Position numbers and translations under genes: made by a program. This document shows positions 7,866 through 16,062 of a DNA stretch of 43,131 nt, in pieces. Every line of letters starts with the position of its first letter. The stretch's first letter is position 1. This DNA is from a virus. A model generated the notes under the pieces. It saw only the letters and a list, made by a program, of their open reading frames with translations, was not told the origin of the DNA and ran no database searches. The stretch is taken from the UHGV virus genome UHGV-0207032, one strand, 5' to 3'.

Positions 7866-9177
7866 CCATGCCGCCTGCGTGACCACCAACCAGTTTACTT
7901 CTTGCAATCGCACGAGCGCCTTCAAGTTTGCTATTAGCATGAACAATAGAAGTAAATCCATACTTTTCCCTTATCTTATCAATGATCTTGTCTAGCTTCA
8001 TTTGCTTTATCTGCTCCTCAGCATCAGCAAATAAATCAAGCTGAATACTTGATGTGTAAATCAATTTTGAATAAGTGATACCAACGTGACGAACCACTTG
8101 GCCAGTATAATATTTACGAAATAGGAACAGTGCGTGCGACACCAATACTTTTGTGTTATCTGTTGGTGGGACAGTCATTTGTCTAGAGAATCCTTTCTGT
8201 GTTTCTCCAAACGCAACACCAATGTAAATGGAAACGCAAGAAGTTTGACAATGATGTCTTCGTATCCTTGCAGCAACCTGTTCCGCCATCTCTTTAACAA
8301 CAATTTCGATTTCATCTTGTAAATAATAATTCCTGTTTAGCACTTGACTATTTCCATAACTTTTATCTCTTGTCTGAGGAGCTGGCTCAGAAATAATCGT
8401 CCGATCAATTCCATTCGCGTGATGATATAACTGCTCACCAATAATTCCCATTCGACTTCGCAACAAATCGGGGTTAGCCTTTGCGAGTTGCTCAATCGTT
8501 TCTATTCCCATTCGCTCAAGTCGTTTTTGTGTGCGTGATCCAATGCCCCAAAATTCTGTGATCGGAGAGATGTTCCAAACCTTGCTTTTCACGTCTTGAT
8601 AGGTCCACTCTGCAATTAGGGATTTATTATGCTTCGATTCGTTGTCTAATGCTAGTTTGGCTAAAAGAGGATTGTCGCCAATTCCTACTGTCACATAGAG
8701 CTTCGTCGTGTCATATACATCACGTTGAATCATCTTAGCTAGTCGCCATCGTCTTTCGCTTCGAGACAAGCTTTTGTCTGGGACAAACAAGTTCAGTGAT
8801 TTAGTTACGTCCATCATTGATTCATCAATAGAGTAGAGGAGTAGATCCTCATCGGCTACATATTTTCTAAATACATTGTTTACTTTCAAATTTTCTTTTA
8901 TATATAAGTTCATGCGTGGAGGGACCTTGAATAGGAGGGGATGGTTCGGTAAATTATCAGCACGAGTAACATTTGAAATGCCTAACTTCTTTTTCGCCAA
9001 AGGAGAAGCGGCAAGGACCAACCCGTTTCCTGTATTATCCGATTGAGACATGACTACAAGCATAGTTTTCATTGGGTGAAATCCACGTTGAACACACTCA
9101 ACCGAAGCATAAAATGATTTTACATCAATAAAAAGAATGTCACGTTTGGGTTCAAGTTCGTATCGAAAACTTCCCAT
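7813..9177 (-). CDS. Y-family (UmuC/DinB-like) translesion DNA polymerase
   Basis: N-terminal motifs ILFIDVKSFYASVE, LAASPLAKKKLGI and a polymerase-associated C-terminal region; 454 aa; RBS GGAGTGAG; Cheo box upstream. Confidence 0.85.
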   Translation of the reverse strand: MGSFRYELEPKRDILFIDVKSFYASVECVQRGFHPMKTMLVVMSQSDNTGNGLVLAASPLAKKKLGISNVTRADNLPNHPLLFKVPPRMNLYIKENLKVNNVFRKYVADEDLLLYSIDESMMDVTKSLNLFVPDKSLSRSERRWRLAKMIQRDVYDTTKLYVTVGIGDNPLLAKLALDNESKHNKSLIAEWTYQDVKSKVWNISPITEFWGIGSRTQKRLERMGIETIEQLAKANPDLLRSRMGIIGEQLYHHANGIDRTIISEPAPQTRDKSYGNSQVLNRNYYLQDEIEIVVKEMAEQVAARIRRHHCQTSCVSIYIGVAFGETQKGFSRQMTVPPTDNTKVLVSHALFLFRKYYTGQVVRHVGITYSKLIYTSSIQLDLFADAEEQIKQMKLDKIIDKIREKYGFTSIVHANSKLEGARAIARSKLVGGHAGGMDGISNEGTDKNKHHKSV

Positions 9178-9204
9178 AATAGCTCACTCCTTACGGAAAG
9201 TATA

Positions 9205-9218
9205 CGAACTTACGTTCG
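9205..9218 (-). promoter_or_regulatory. LexA (Cheo/SOS) box CGAACTTACGTTCG
   Basis: Exact match to the Firmicute LexA operator consensus CGAAC-N4-GTTCG, centred ~35 bp upstream of the polymerase start codon at 9177. Confidence 0.65.
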
Positions 9219-9240
9219 TTTTGTAAAGCGAACAACGCAA

Positions 9241-9270
9241 ATAAAAAAAGCCCTGCTCAATTAGAGCAAG
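9241..9270 (-). terminator. Rho-independent terminator after lipoprotein gene
   Basis: On the minus strand: CTTGCTC-TAATT-GAGCAGG stem followed by GCTTTTTTTATTTG. Confidence 0.5.
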
Positions 9271-9278
9271 ACTCATAG

Positions 9279-9617
9279 CTATTGTTTTTCAAAGGTCATT
9301 ACAAATGAACCTAAGACGTTTTCTGTTTTGACAACCTTAACTATTAATTGGTCGCCTTTTTTGACATCGGGATTATCAGAAGAAATAAAATTCAGGTGTT
9401 CTCCAGTTTGAATCGTATATCCTAGTGTTCCGTTTGGTACATATTCATCAACAGTTATCTGAACTGTTTTTCCATTAATGTCCTCACCGTTATTAAGTGC
9501 TGTTTCTGCTTCTTCTGTGGTATAATCTGCTTTCTTCTCATTTGAGCCACAAGCTACCAAAAACAATCCAACAAATAGAGTTACTAGTACAACTCTTAAT
9601 TTTTTCATGATTATCAT
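9279..9617 (-). CDS. Lipoprotein (signal peptide with lipobox LVAC)
   Basis: MIIMKKLRVVLVTLFVGLFLVAC-GS... ; 112 aa, no further domain recognised. Confidence 0.6.
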   Translation of the reverse strand: MIIMKKLRVVLVTLFVGLFLVACGSNEKKADYTTEEAETALNNGEDINGKTVQITVDEYVPNGTLGYTIQTGEHLNFISSDNPDVKKGDQLIVKVVKTENVLGSFVMTFEKQ

Positions 9618-9627
9618 CCTTCTTTGT

Positions 9628-10281
9628 TTATAATCCTAACAGTTCCTTCTTTTTGGCATCAAATTCGTCTTGTGTTATTATGCCGTCATCTAACAATTCT
9701 TTATATTTACGAATTTCATCAACCTCATTTTTTGAAGCGGTTGTTGGGTGATTAGAAGAGGCTATTATCTGATCAAGTTTTGCTGCTATATTGTTGTAAT
9801 CTTCCATAGCAGATTTGGTTAAGAAACTATCAGTTTTGGATTCCGATATAACGAGCATAAAATTCTGAGATCGATTGTCAGTAAGGTGTAGTATGAAGCC
9901 TAATCGCTTTATGGTATCAAATTCTTTTCCACCAGTTCCAGCTCCTACAACAGCACCAACAGGACCTGCTAAAACGCCGCCAACAATTGCACGTGTAATG
10001 CCATGATGTTTTTTGATTTTACCACCTTCAAAAATAGGCGTGTAGCTAATTAACTCATCGTAATTGTATACAGCTTGTGATCTGTTCATGGTAAAAGATT
10101 TCTTTATAAATAATTTTCCATGTTTATCATCAAAATACATGTCGCCAACTTTGTAGTCACTATGGTTCTTAAAGTATTCTAGTATTTTTTCGTTTTCAGC
10201 TTTACGATTCGCTTTTTCAATCTTTGCCTTTTCTTTATCTGCTTTGCTGCTAAACAAACCCATACCCGTTCCTCTTTTCAT
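9628..10281 (-). CDS. Membrane-associated protein with glycine-zipper segment and C-terminal SHOCT domain
   Basis: GGVLAGPVGAVVGAGTGG hydrophobic Gly-zipper; C-terminal KYKELLDDGIITQDEFDAKKKELLGL matches the SHOCT short C-terminal domain pattern. Confidence 0.5.
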   Translation of the reverse strand: MKRGTGMGLFSSKADKEKAKIEKANRKAENEKILEYFKNHSDYKVGDMYFDDKHGKLFIKKSFTMNRSQAVYNYDELISYTPIFEGGKIKKHHGITRAIVGGVLAGPVGAVVGAGTGGKEFDTIKRLGFILHLTDNRSQNFMLVISESKTDSFLTKSAMEDYNNIAAKLDQIIASSNHPTTASKNEVDEIRKYKELLDDGIITQDEFDAKKKELLGL

Positions 10282-10384
10282 TAATTTTATAGCTTCATTG
10301 TATCAGAAAAAATTATCCTTACATATATTTTTGTGTATAATTAGTTTACTACTATTAAATAGATGGTATTCAATACAAATATAA

Positions 10385-10580
10385 ATATTTGGCACATGTT
10401 TGGCACAAAATAAAAATATCCCTTATAATATAAGGGATTGAAGTATATATTAAACGTTCCCTGCCAACGATTACAGCATTCGATTGTGGTCGGCGGGAGA
10501 CGTTTTGCTTTTAATATTAATAATCAGTTAGCTAGAAAAAGATAGCAATCGGGAAAATTTGGCACGAATTTGGCACATAG
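10385..10580. other. Candidate attP: two pairs of integrase arm-type direct repeats TTTGGCAC(A/G) flanking a 9-bp inverted repeat
   Basis: Repeats at 10388-96, 10399-407, 10558-66 and 10569-77 (11-bp phasing within each pair); inverted repeat ATCCCTTAT-AAT-ATAAGGGAT at 10418-10438; abuts the int stop codon at 10581. Confidence 0.45.
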
Positions 10581-11711
10581 TTAGTAGATATTTTCCATAA
10601 TGTTTTTAATAGCGGTATTATCCTTTTCTTCTAACTCTTTGATTGTATGCAAATATGTTTTCATAGTTGTGTTGATATCAGCATGTCCTAATCTTTTTGA
10701 AACTGATAGTATGTTTACTCCTTTATATAAAAGCACCGAAGCATGTGTATGGCGCAAGCCGTGTATGCTAAGTGGCTTATCTATACCAAGTTCTTTTAAC
10801 CTTACTCGTAACTGTTTTGTTACAGCGTTTTGTGAGACCGGTCCATTCTTAATATTGAAAAAAATAAAATTATTAGGATTATCAATACCGATGTTACTAA
10901 TAAGTTGCTCCTGATCGCTTTTATATTTTTTTAGAATAGATAGTGTTTTGTTGTCGATCGGAATTTTTCTTAGCGATGATGGATTTTTAGTTGGTCCGAA
11001 TTTGTTTAACTTATAAAGCCACGTCTTATTAACATCTACTATTCCATTATCAAAATCAATATCAGACCATGTTAATCCCATAAGCTCAGCTAATCGCATA
11101 CCTGTTGCCCCAGCAAAGAAAAGCAAGAATGGGGATGCATAGGTGGGATTTATTCGAGTCTCTAAGAGTTGCATTAGTGCCTGAAACTCGTCGTAGTTAA
11201 GGTATTTATTCTCTGTAGGCTTGCTAGGAAGTCCTTTAATCACTACGTTATAAGTGGGGTTCCTGAGAACTAATCCTTGTTCTACCGCATCATCTAGCGC
11301 TGATTTTATATGATTGTTTAATTTAGCAGTTGTAGATCTGGCATGTGTTTTAGCGTAATTATTCAACGATTTTTGATAGTTTGCTTTATCTAGGCTTGAT
11401 AATGTGGTATAAGGAAACAATTCTTTTATAGCACTCAATGTGTTTAAATATTTCCTGTAAGTTATTTCAGATACATAATTTTCTTTGTACAATTCTATCC
11501 AGTTCTTGAAAAAATCATATAACGTAAGGCTATTTTTGTCAGCCTGATATCCTCGGCCTAGGTTGTAAGACATTTCTATTTCAGCTTCCTTGGCTTCAGC
11601 TTTGGTTTTAAAGCCGCCTTTTCTTATTTTGCTATATTCACCAGTAGCTTTTTTATATGATATTTCAAATTGCCATGATTTGCCACGCTTTCTTACTGCC
11701 AATTGATTCAA
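10581..11711 (-). CDS. int: Tyrosine integrase (phage integrase family)
   Basis: 376 aa; N-terminal SAM-like arm-binding region; C-terminal catalytic residues in ...GMRLAEL..., ...HGLRHTHAS..., ...LGHADINTTMKTYLH (R..HxxR..Y pattern). Confidence 0.9.
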   Translation of the reverse strand: MNQLAVRKRGKSWQFEISYKKATGEYSKIRKGGFKTKAEAKEAEIEMSYNLGRGYQADKNSLTLYDFFKNWIELYKENYVSEITYRKYLNTLSAIKELFPYTTLSSLDKANYQKSLNNYAKTHARSTTAKLNNHIKSALDDAVEQGLVLRNPTYNVVIKGLPSKPTENKYLNYDEFQALMQLLETRINPTYASPFLLFFAGATGMRLAELMGLTWSDIDFDNGIVDVNKTWLYKLNKFGPTKNPSSLRKIPIDNKTLSILKKYKSDQEQLISNIGIDNPNNFIFFNIKNGPVSQNAVTKQLRVRLKELGIDKPLSIHGLRHTHASVLLYKGVNILSVSKRLGHADINTTMKTYLHTIKELEEKDNTAIKNIMENIY

Positions 11712-11802
11712 CTCCTCAACTTTGATACAATAGGCATGACCAAATAAGCCTACTGTTTATTTGTTTTTGCGCGCTCTCCCGTCGAAAGTGGAGCGTGCTT
11801 TT

Positions 11803-12273
11803 TTATTGAACTGATTTGAATACACTTACAGTTCCGTCTTCTCTAAAAATAATAATATGATTATCTTCTGTCATAATCCCTCTAAACTTCCTAGCATAGA
11901 ATTTCACAGCATCTTTGAATGCCTGGTCAGTAATATTCAAATGTTCTGCACATTCCCAAACGCTTTTACATCCAGTTTCAAAGCAATCAATTATATCCTT
12001 AGGTGTTACTAGTATTGCAGCACCTATATCTCTCGCTAATCGCTCTTGCTTACGTTTCTCAATTGAATCTTGTGCAATTATATTCCCTGATCCAGTTAAG
12101 TAGTGTGCAATTTCTTCAGCCACAGTAACATTTAATTCTTTATATTCCTGATTTGGATTTATATAAACAGTTTTGCCCATAATCAAACCTTTGTGTTTTT
12201 CTGGCATTAAGGGGTCAAACTTGAAATCTAGATATGGATAACTCGCCATTAATTCCTCATAAACCTGCATCAT
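11803..12273 (-). CDS. ImmA/IrrE-family metallopeptidase-like protein (anti-repressor protease partner of the XRE repressor)
   Basis: 156 aa directly upstream of and co-oriented with the XRE repressor; EEIAHYL zinc-binding-like segment; ImmA-ImmR style pairing. Confidence 0.5.
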   Translation of the reverse strand: MMQVYEELMASYPYLDFKFDPLMPEKHKGLIMGKTVYINPNQEYKELNVTVAEEIAHYLTGSGNIIAQDSIEKRKQERLARDIGAAILVTPKDIIDCFETGCKSVWECAEHLNITDQAFKDAVKFYARKFRGIMTEDNHIIIFREDGTVSVFKSVQ

Positions 12274-12287
12274 TCCACCTGCTTATC

Positions 12288-12614
12288 TTATAAAGGATTA
12301 TTCTTTCTAAATTCTATATATCTTAAAATATCATCCATATCTTCTTCCGAAACATCATCATCAATATGAGCGGCTAAAAGCTCTCCGTGGGCACCTAATT
12401 TTCTCTCAAAGTCTTCTCTACCCAACAAATAGTCAACCGAAACACCAAATAGCGATGACAGTTTCTCTAATACATCACTTGGTATTTTAGTAACTGTACC
12501 TCGTTCATAATTAGATATATTCTCTCTTTTCATCCCTAAAAAGTCAGCAAGTTCTTTTTGTGACATTTTTTTATTCGATCTTAATTCCTTTAATCTCAAT
12601 GCAAATGTACTCAT
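12288..12614 (-). CDS. XRE-family HTH transcriptional repressor (CI-like)
   Basis: HTH MSQKELADFLGMKRENISNYERG; 108 aa; divergent from the cro-like gene. Confidence 0.8.
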   Translation of the reverse strand: MSTFALRLKELRSNKKMSQKELADFLGMKRENISNYERGTVTKIPSDVLEKLSSLFGVSVDYLLGREDFERKLGAHGELLAAHIDDDVSEEDMDDILRYIEFRKNNPL

Positions 12615-12660
12615 AATAATCTCCTCTCAGTTATTTTTAACGAAAAAATAAAGAAAAGGG

Positions 12661-12689
12661 TTGCGTAATTATCATTTACCATTTATAAT
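12661..12689 (+). promoter_or_regulatory. Putative early rightward promoter (cro) with overlapping operator half-site
   Basis: TTGCGT, 17-bp spacer, TATAAT; the CGTAATTA motif overlapping the -35 is repeated in palindromes downstream of cro. Confidence 0.35.
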
Positions 12690-12722
12690 CAAAAGTGTAA
12701 TTGGCAGTTACGTAAATTTGAT

Positions 12723-12950
12723 ATGAATAGAGGTGATAAAATGTGTAACCCTAGATTGCCTTTTAAAGAGGCACGTAAATCTAAATCTCTCACTCAGCGC
12801 AAATTAGCTGAAATGTCTGGTGTAACAGAAACGACCATCAGAAATATTGAAGCCAACAGAGTAGACCCAAGCTTTAAATTAGCGATCAACCTAACTTTAT
12901 TGCTTGAAACATCATTCGAAAAGTTATGGGAAAATGATTTTTCGAACTAA
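12723..12950 (+). CDS. Cro-like XRE-family HTH regulator
   Basis: HTH LTQRKLAEMSGVTETTIRNIEAN; the likely true start is ATG 12741, preceded by RBS AGAGGTGA. Confidence 0.75.
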   Translation: MNRGDKMCNPRLPFKEARKSKSLTQRKLAEMSGVTETTIRNIEANRVDPSFKLAINLTLLLETSFEKLWENDFSN

Positions 12951-12974
12951 CAACTTTCTTTTTTTATTATAAAA

Positions 12975-13007
12975 CGTAATTAAAAATTACGCAAGTGGTA
13001 ATTACCA
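12975..13007. promoter_or_regulatory. Operator-like palindromes (CGTAATT-AAA-AATTACG and the 12-bp perfect palindrome TGGTAATTACCA)
   Basis: Inverted repeats at 12975-12991 and 12996-13007 sharing the TAATTA core with the cI-cro intergenic motif. Confidence 0.35.
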
Positions 13008-13047
13008 TATTTTTTAAATATGTAATTAATGATAGGAGAGTGATCCC

Positions 13048-13368
13048 GTGCAACAATTTTTGGAAGCAAAGATACCTGTACCTGAAGATTATGTGATCAT
13101 TTCTAAGGTTGAGTACGAGGAGTTGCTTCAAGCGGATAGTTTAGGTCGGTGGATGACGCTAAAAGAAGTACTTGATCGCATAAATAGAAAATATGATTGG
13201 TTTAGTCAGAAAGTTTTAAAAAATCCTAGATATAGAAATAGAATCGACATTTCAAAATCATCTGAAGGGTTTGTGTATTACCCAGGGGATGGCAACGACA
13301 AGTATCTTTTTTTGAAATCAAAAACATTAGAATTTTTAGAAGAAAACTTCGGAGAAATTCTTAAATAA
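13048..13368 (+). CDS. Hypothetical early protein (possible excisionase/DNA-binding, DUF771-like by position)
   Basis: 106-aa ORF after cro with RBS AGGAGAG; no motif recognised with confidence. Confidence 0.35.
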   Translation: MQQFLEAKIPVPEDYVIISKVEYEELLQADSLGRWMTLKEVLDRINRKYDWFSQKVLKNPRYRNRIDISKSSEGFVYYPGDGNDKYLFLKSKTLEFLEENFGEILK

Positions 13369-13382
13369 AAGGAGGAGCACTA

Positions 13383-14075
13383 ATGCAAACAATCGAAAAA
13401 ACATTAACTAGCAATGAAGTGGCAGTAATGGTAGACCGACGGCATGACCAAGTTTTAAGAGATATCGCTAAGATAATCGAGCATCTGACTGACCACAAAA
13501 GTGTGGCGAGCGATTTATTTATTGAATCAACTTATGAAGATTCAACAGGCAGAAGCTTACCGAACTACCTACTAACGAAAAAAGGCTGCGAGTTATACGC
13601 AACCAGAATGACAGGAGCCAAGGGAACACAATTCGCCTTAAGCTATATCGAACGCTTCAACGAAATGGAATCACACATCAAGGAGCAAGCGCTTAAGATT
13701 CCAGAAACACCAGAAGAAGCGCTGGAACTCATGTTTGAATTTCAAAAAGGCACAAAGGAAAAAGTTGCCAAAGTCGAGAAACGTGTTACTGATCTTGAAG
13801 AAAACACAGTCCTAAGTGCCGGAGACTACGGCTACATCACACGCCGTATCAATCAGCGAGTGGCAGAAGTAGCACGAGGGTTCGGTAAAGTCACTAACAG
13901 CCAACGAGGAGAGCTACACAAGGACATCAACTCAGGAGTCAAGAAAATCACAGGTGTGAGCACCAGAACCCAGCTACGGCAGAAACACTTTCAAAAGGTA
14001 CTTGATTACATCACAGACTGGGAGCCAAGCACAGCAACAAAAACGATTGTCCGCCAGATGAATTTGTTGGATTAA
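13383..14075 (+). CDS. Phage antirepressor, Rha-family regulatory protein
   Basis: N-terminus LTSNEVAVMVDRRHDQVLRDIAKI matches the Rha family signature (..hk.vlrdi..); 230 aa; RBS AAAGGAGGAG. Confidence 0.65.
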   Translation: MQTIEKTLTSNEVAVMVDRRHDQVLRDIAKIIEHLTDHKSVASDLFIESTYEDSTGRSLPNYLLTKKGCELYATRMTGAKGTQFALSYIERFNEMESHIKEQALKIPETPEEALELMFEFQKGTKEKVAKVEKRVTDLEENTVLSAGDYGYITRRINQRVAEVARGFGKVTNSQRGELHKDINSGVKKITGVSTRTQLRQKHFQKVLDYITDWEPSTATKTIVRQMNLLD

Positions 14076-14168
14076 AAATAACCCCACACGGAAGGAGGGG
14101 CTAGGGTGAATAAATATTTTTCATTGGTGTTCCTGTTTTCTCTTCCTATTTTAGGATTTATCACGTTT

Positions 14169-14612
14169 TTAGTTTTGAATCTTATCTCTGACTTTGTTGG
14201 TGAATTCTTTAGGAAGTATAAAACTAAAAAGAGCGAGAAAAGCCAAAAATGATGTCGCTACACTAAATTGTTCTGACGTTAGGCAAATTATCATCGGGAT
14301 TATTAGACTTGCCGAAGTCGATATCTTAATCAAAATAAAGAAAATTTTATCCGATTTTTCTTCTTCATACTCTGAGATTACGAGTATAGCGTGAACACCA
14401 ATAATCAATGCTATAGAAACGATGAAGATAATCGAAAAAATTTTAAAAAATAAAAGGTAGTCTATTGAATTTAGATTTGTCATTACGCTGTCTTCTCTAA
14501 CATATTCACTTAGATATTTTATGAGTTTAAAAACTAAATCTAGACTGAATATAGTAATTGCTACAGTCGAGAAGACGGAAAAAGAATAAGAAAACAACTT
14601 GTCAAATTTCAT
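14169..14612 (-). CDS. Reverse-oriented multi-pass membrane protein (moron-like; superinfection exclusion candidate)
   Basis: ~147 aa with 4 hydrophobic segments, very AT-rich, oriented opposite to the early operon; the start MKFDKLFSYSF was chosen over the ORF-track start at 14690. Confidence 0.4.
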   Translation of the reverse strand: MKFDKLFSYSFSVFSTVAITIFSLDLVFKLIKYLSEYVREDSVMTNLNSIDYLLFFKIFSIIFIVSIALIIGVHAILVISEYEEEKSDKIFFILIKISTSASLIIPMIICLTSEQFSVATSFLAFLALFSFILPKEFTNKVRDKIQN

Positions 14613-14659
14613 TTCAGCACCACCAGTTTTTAAACAATTATACCAAAGGAGGAACCACA

Positions 14660-15091
14660 ATGAAAAACAAACTAGCAAAAACAACAGCAATCATCGGACT
14701 GGCACTAGGTAGCGGCGTTATCGGCTACGCAGCAAGCAACGCATTTCAAGATTTGGACACGATCAAAGCGAACTTCAACACAGTCCTACAATACGGCCAA
14801 ACCAAATCGCAACGTGTGTCAGAACTCGAATCACAGCTATCTAACAACACTCGTACACAGGAGCAGCTAAAAGCCGAAATTGAGCAAATCAAATCGGACA
14901 AGCAAAAAGAAATCGAAGCCAAGCAACGAGAGATCGAACAAAAGCAACAGGAGATCGCTACAAAGCAACAGGAAGCCGACAGCTTGCGCCAACAACTGAA
15001 CACAGTGCAAAACGACAAGGAGCAGTTAGAACAGCGTGTGAGCGAGTTACGGCAGTATACGGATCAAAAAGTAGGGGAGTTGGGGAAATGA
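14660..15091 (+). CDS. Signal-anchored coiled-coil protein
   Basis: Strong RBS AAAGGAGGAACC; N-terminal TM (AIIGLALGSGVIGYAA) then a Q/E/K-rich coiled coil. Confidence 0.5.
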   Translation: MKNKLAKTTAIIGLALGSGVIGYAASNAFQDLDTIKANFNTVLQYGQTKSQRVSELESQLSNNTRTQEQLKAEIEQIKSDKQKEIEAKQREIEQKQQEIATKQQEADSLRQQLNTVQNDKEQLEQRVSELRQYTDQKVGELGK

Positions 15092-15372
15092 TTACAGTAA
15101 CATTCACAGACGGCACCACAACGCACACAGTCCACACGGAAGGTGAAGTATTGGATTTGGTTGATCGGTATTTTCCGAAAGTGAAAATCGGCGACAAGGT
15201 GCGGATATTGACAGATGGTGGTTTTGAAATTATTGGAGAAAAATATGTTGGTAGCGTTCATGTAGTTGAAGCCTTATATGGTACAAGCGGTGTTGGATTG
15301 CGCACGGGTATGCTCGGAACATCTGATTTGTGGGCTTACTACCCCGAAGAATACGAACTAGTAAAGGAGTGA
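15088..15372 (+). CDS. Hypothetical protein
   Basis: 94-aa ORF translationally coupled to the previous gene. Confidence 0.4.
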   Translation: MITVTFTDGTTTHTVHTEGEVLDLVDRYFPKVKIGDKVRILTDGGFEIIGEKYVGSVHVVEALYGTSGVGLRTGMLGTSDLWAYYPEEYELVKE

Positions 15373-15376
15373 AGAT

Positions 15377-15565
15377 ATGAAGAAAATCTATTGGCTTAGA
15401 CGTACTGCCTTCGTCCTAACGATTTTTGCACTTGGAACACTCGTATCTGGTAACGTGCCGACATGGATGAAGATCGGGTTTCCCACTGTAGTGATGTTTT
15501 GGCTGATGATCTACGATGATGCAGCATTTGAACTACGGACGAGGAGTGTGAAGAAAGTTGACTAG
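15377..15565 (+). CDS. Small membrane protein
   Basis: 62 aa with two hydrophobic segments; RBS AAGGAGTGA. Confidence 0.4.
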   Translation: MKKIYWLRRTAFVLTIFALGTLVSGNVPTWMKIGFPTVVMFWLMIYDDAAFELRTRSVKKVD

Positions 15566-15726
15566 AGCAGAGGTATTAGATTTATATTTTCGAACGCTCG
15601 ACTGGAAAGAAATTTACTATGAAGCGCAAGCAAAAATGGACACAAAAAAAGACTCCGGCCTGCAAGCATAGAGTCTTACGAAAAAATATTTACCTAAGTT
15701 TACCACAAATCGAGAGGAGTGGGAAG

Positions 15727-16062
15727 ATGTCAGATTATATCGCAACAAATTACGACAAACTGCTGCAAGACGAAAGCAGCCATGTGATGCCTAATATCCA
15801 TTCTTTAGACGACAACGAAGAAGAAGTAGACCTGTCAGCACATTGGAATGAGGACGATAACGGAACGATTGTTCATGAATCGGATTGGATGTTTATAGGT
15901 TATCGAGAAAACAAAAATGGCACGCTTGCTAAATATGTCGTACAGCAAGAGAATTTCTTACTTGTAGTTGATGAATATGGACCAAAATCACTGAGGATGG
16001 ACACGATGAAAATTATCAGTGGTAAAGAATGGCTGAAGCAAAGACAGGAGGAGTTTAATTGA
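15727..16062 (+). CDS. Hypothetical protein
   Basis: RBS GAGAGGAGTGGGAAG before ATG 15727 (the ORF track starts at 15619). Confidence 0.4.
   Translation: MSDYIATNYDKLLQDESSHVMPNIHSLDDNEEEVDLSAHWNEDDNGTIVHESDWMFIGYRENKNGTLAKYVVQQENFLLVVDEYGPKSLRMDTMKIISGKEWLKQRQEEFN

Noticed and set aside
7572-7961. Full-length 129-aa version of the YolD-like ORF starting at 7961.
   Set aside because: Its first ~32 codons overlap the polymerase gene end in another frame. The internal start (MEFRTKG, ~7865) gives a more plausible, though still overlapping, gene. The start remains uncertain.
10440-10510. Segment CCCTGCCAACGATTACAGCATTCGATTGTGGTCGGCGGGAGACG next to int, considered as the 3' end of a tRNA/tmRNA serving as attB-identical core.
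   Set aside because: I could not fold a T-arm/acceptor stem with standard geometry on either strand. It is left as part of the attP candidate without an RNA call.
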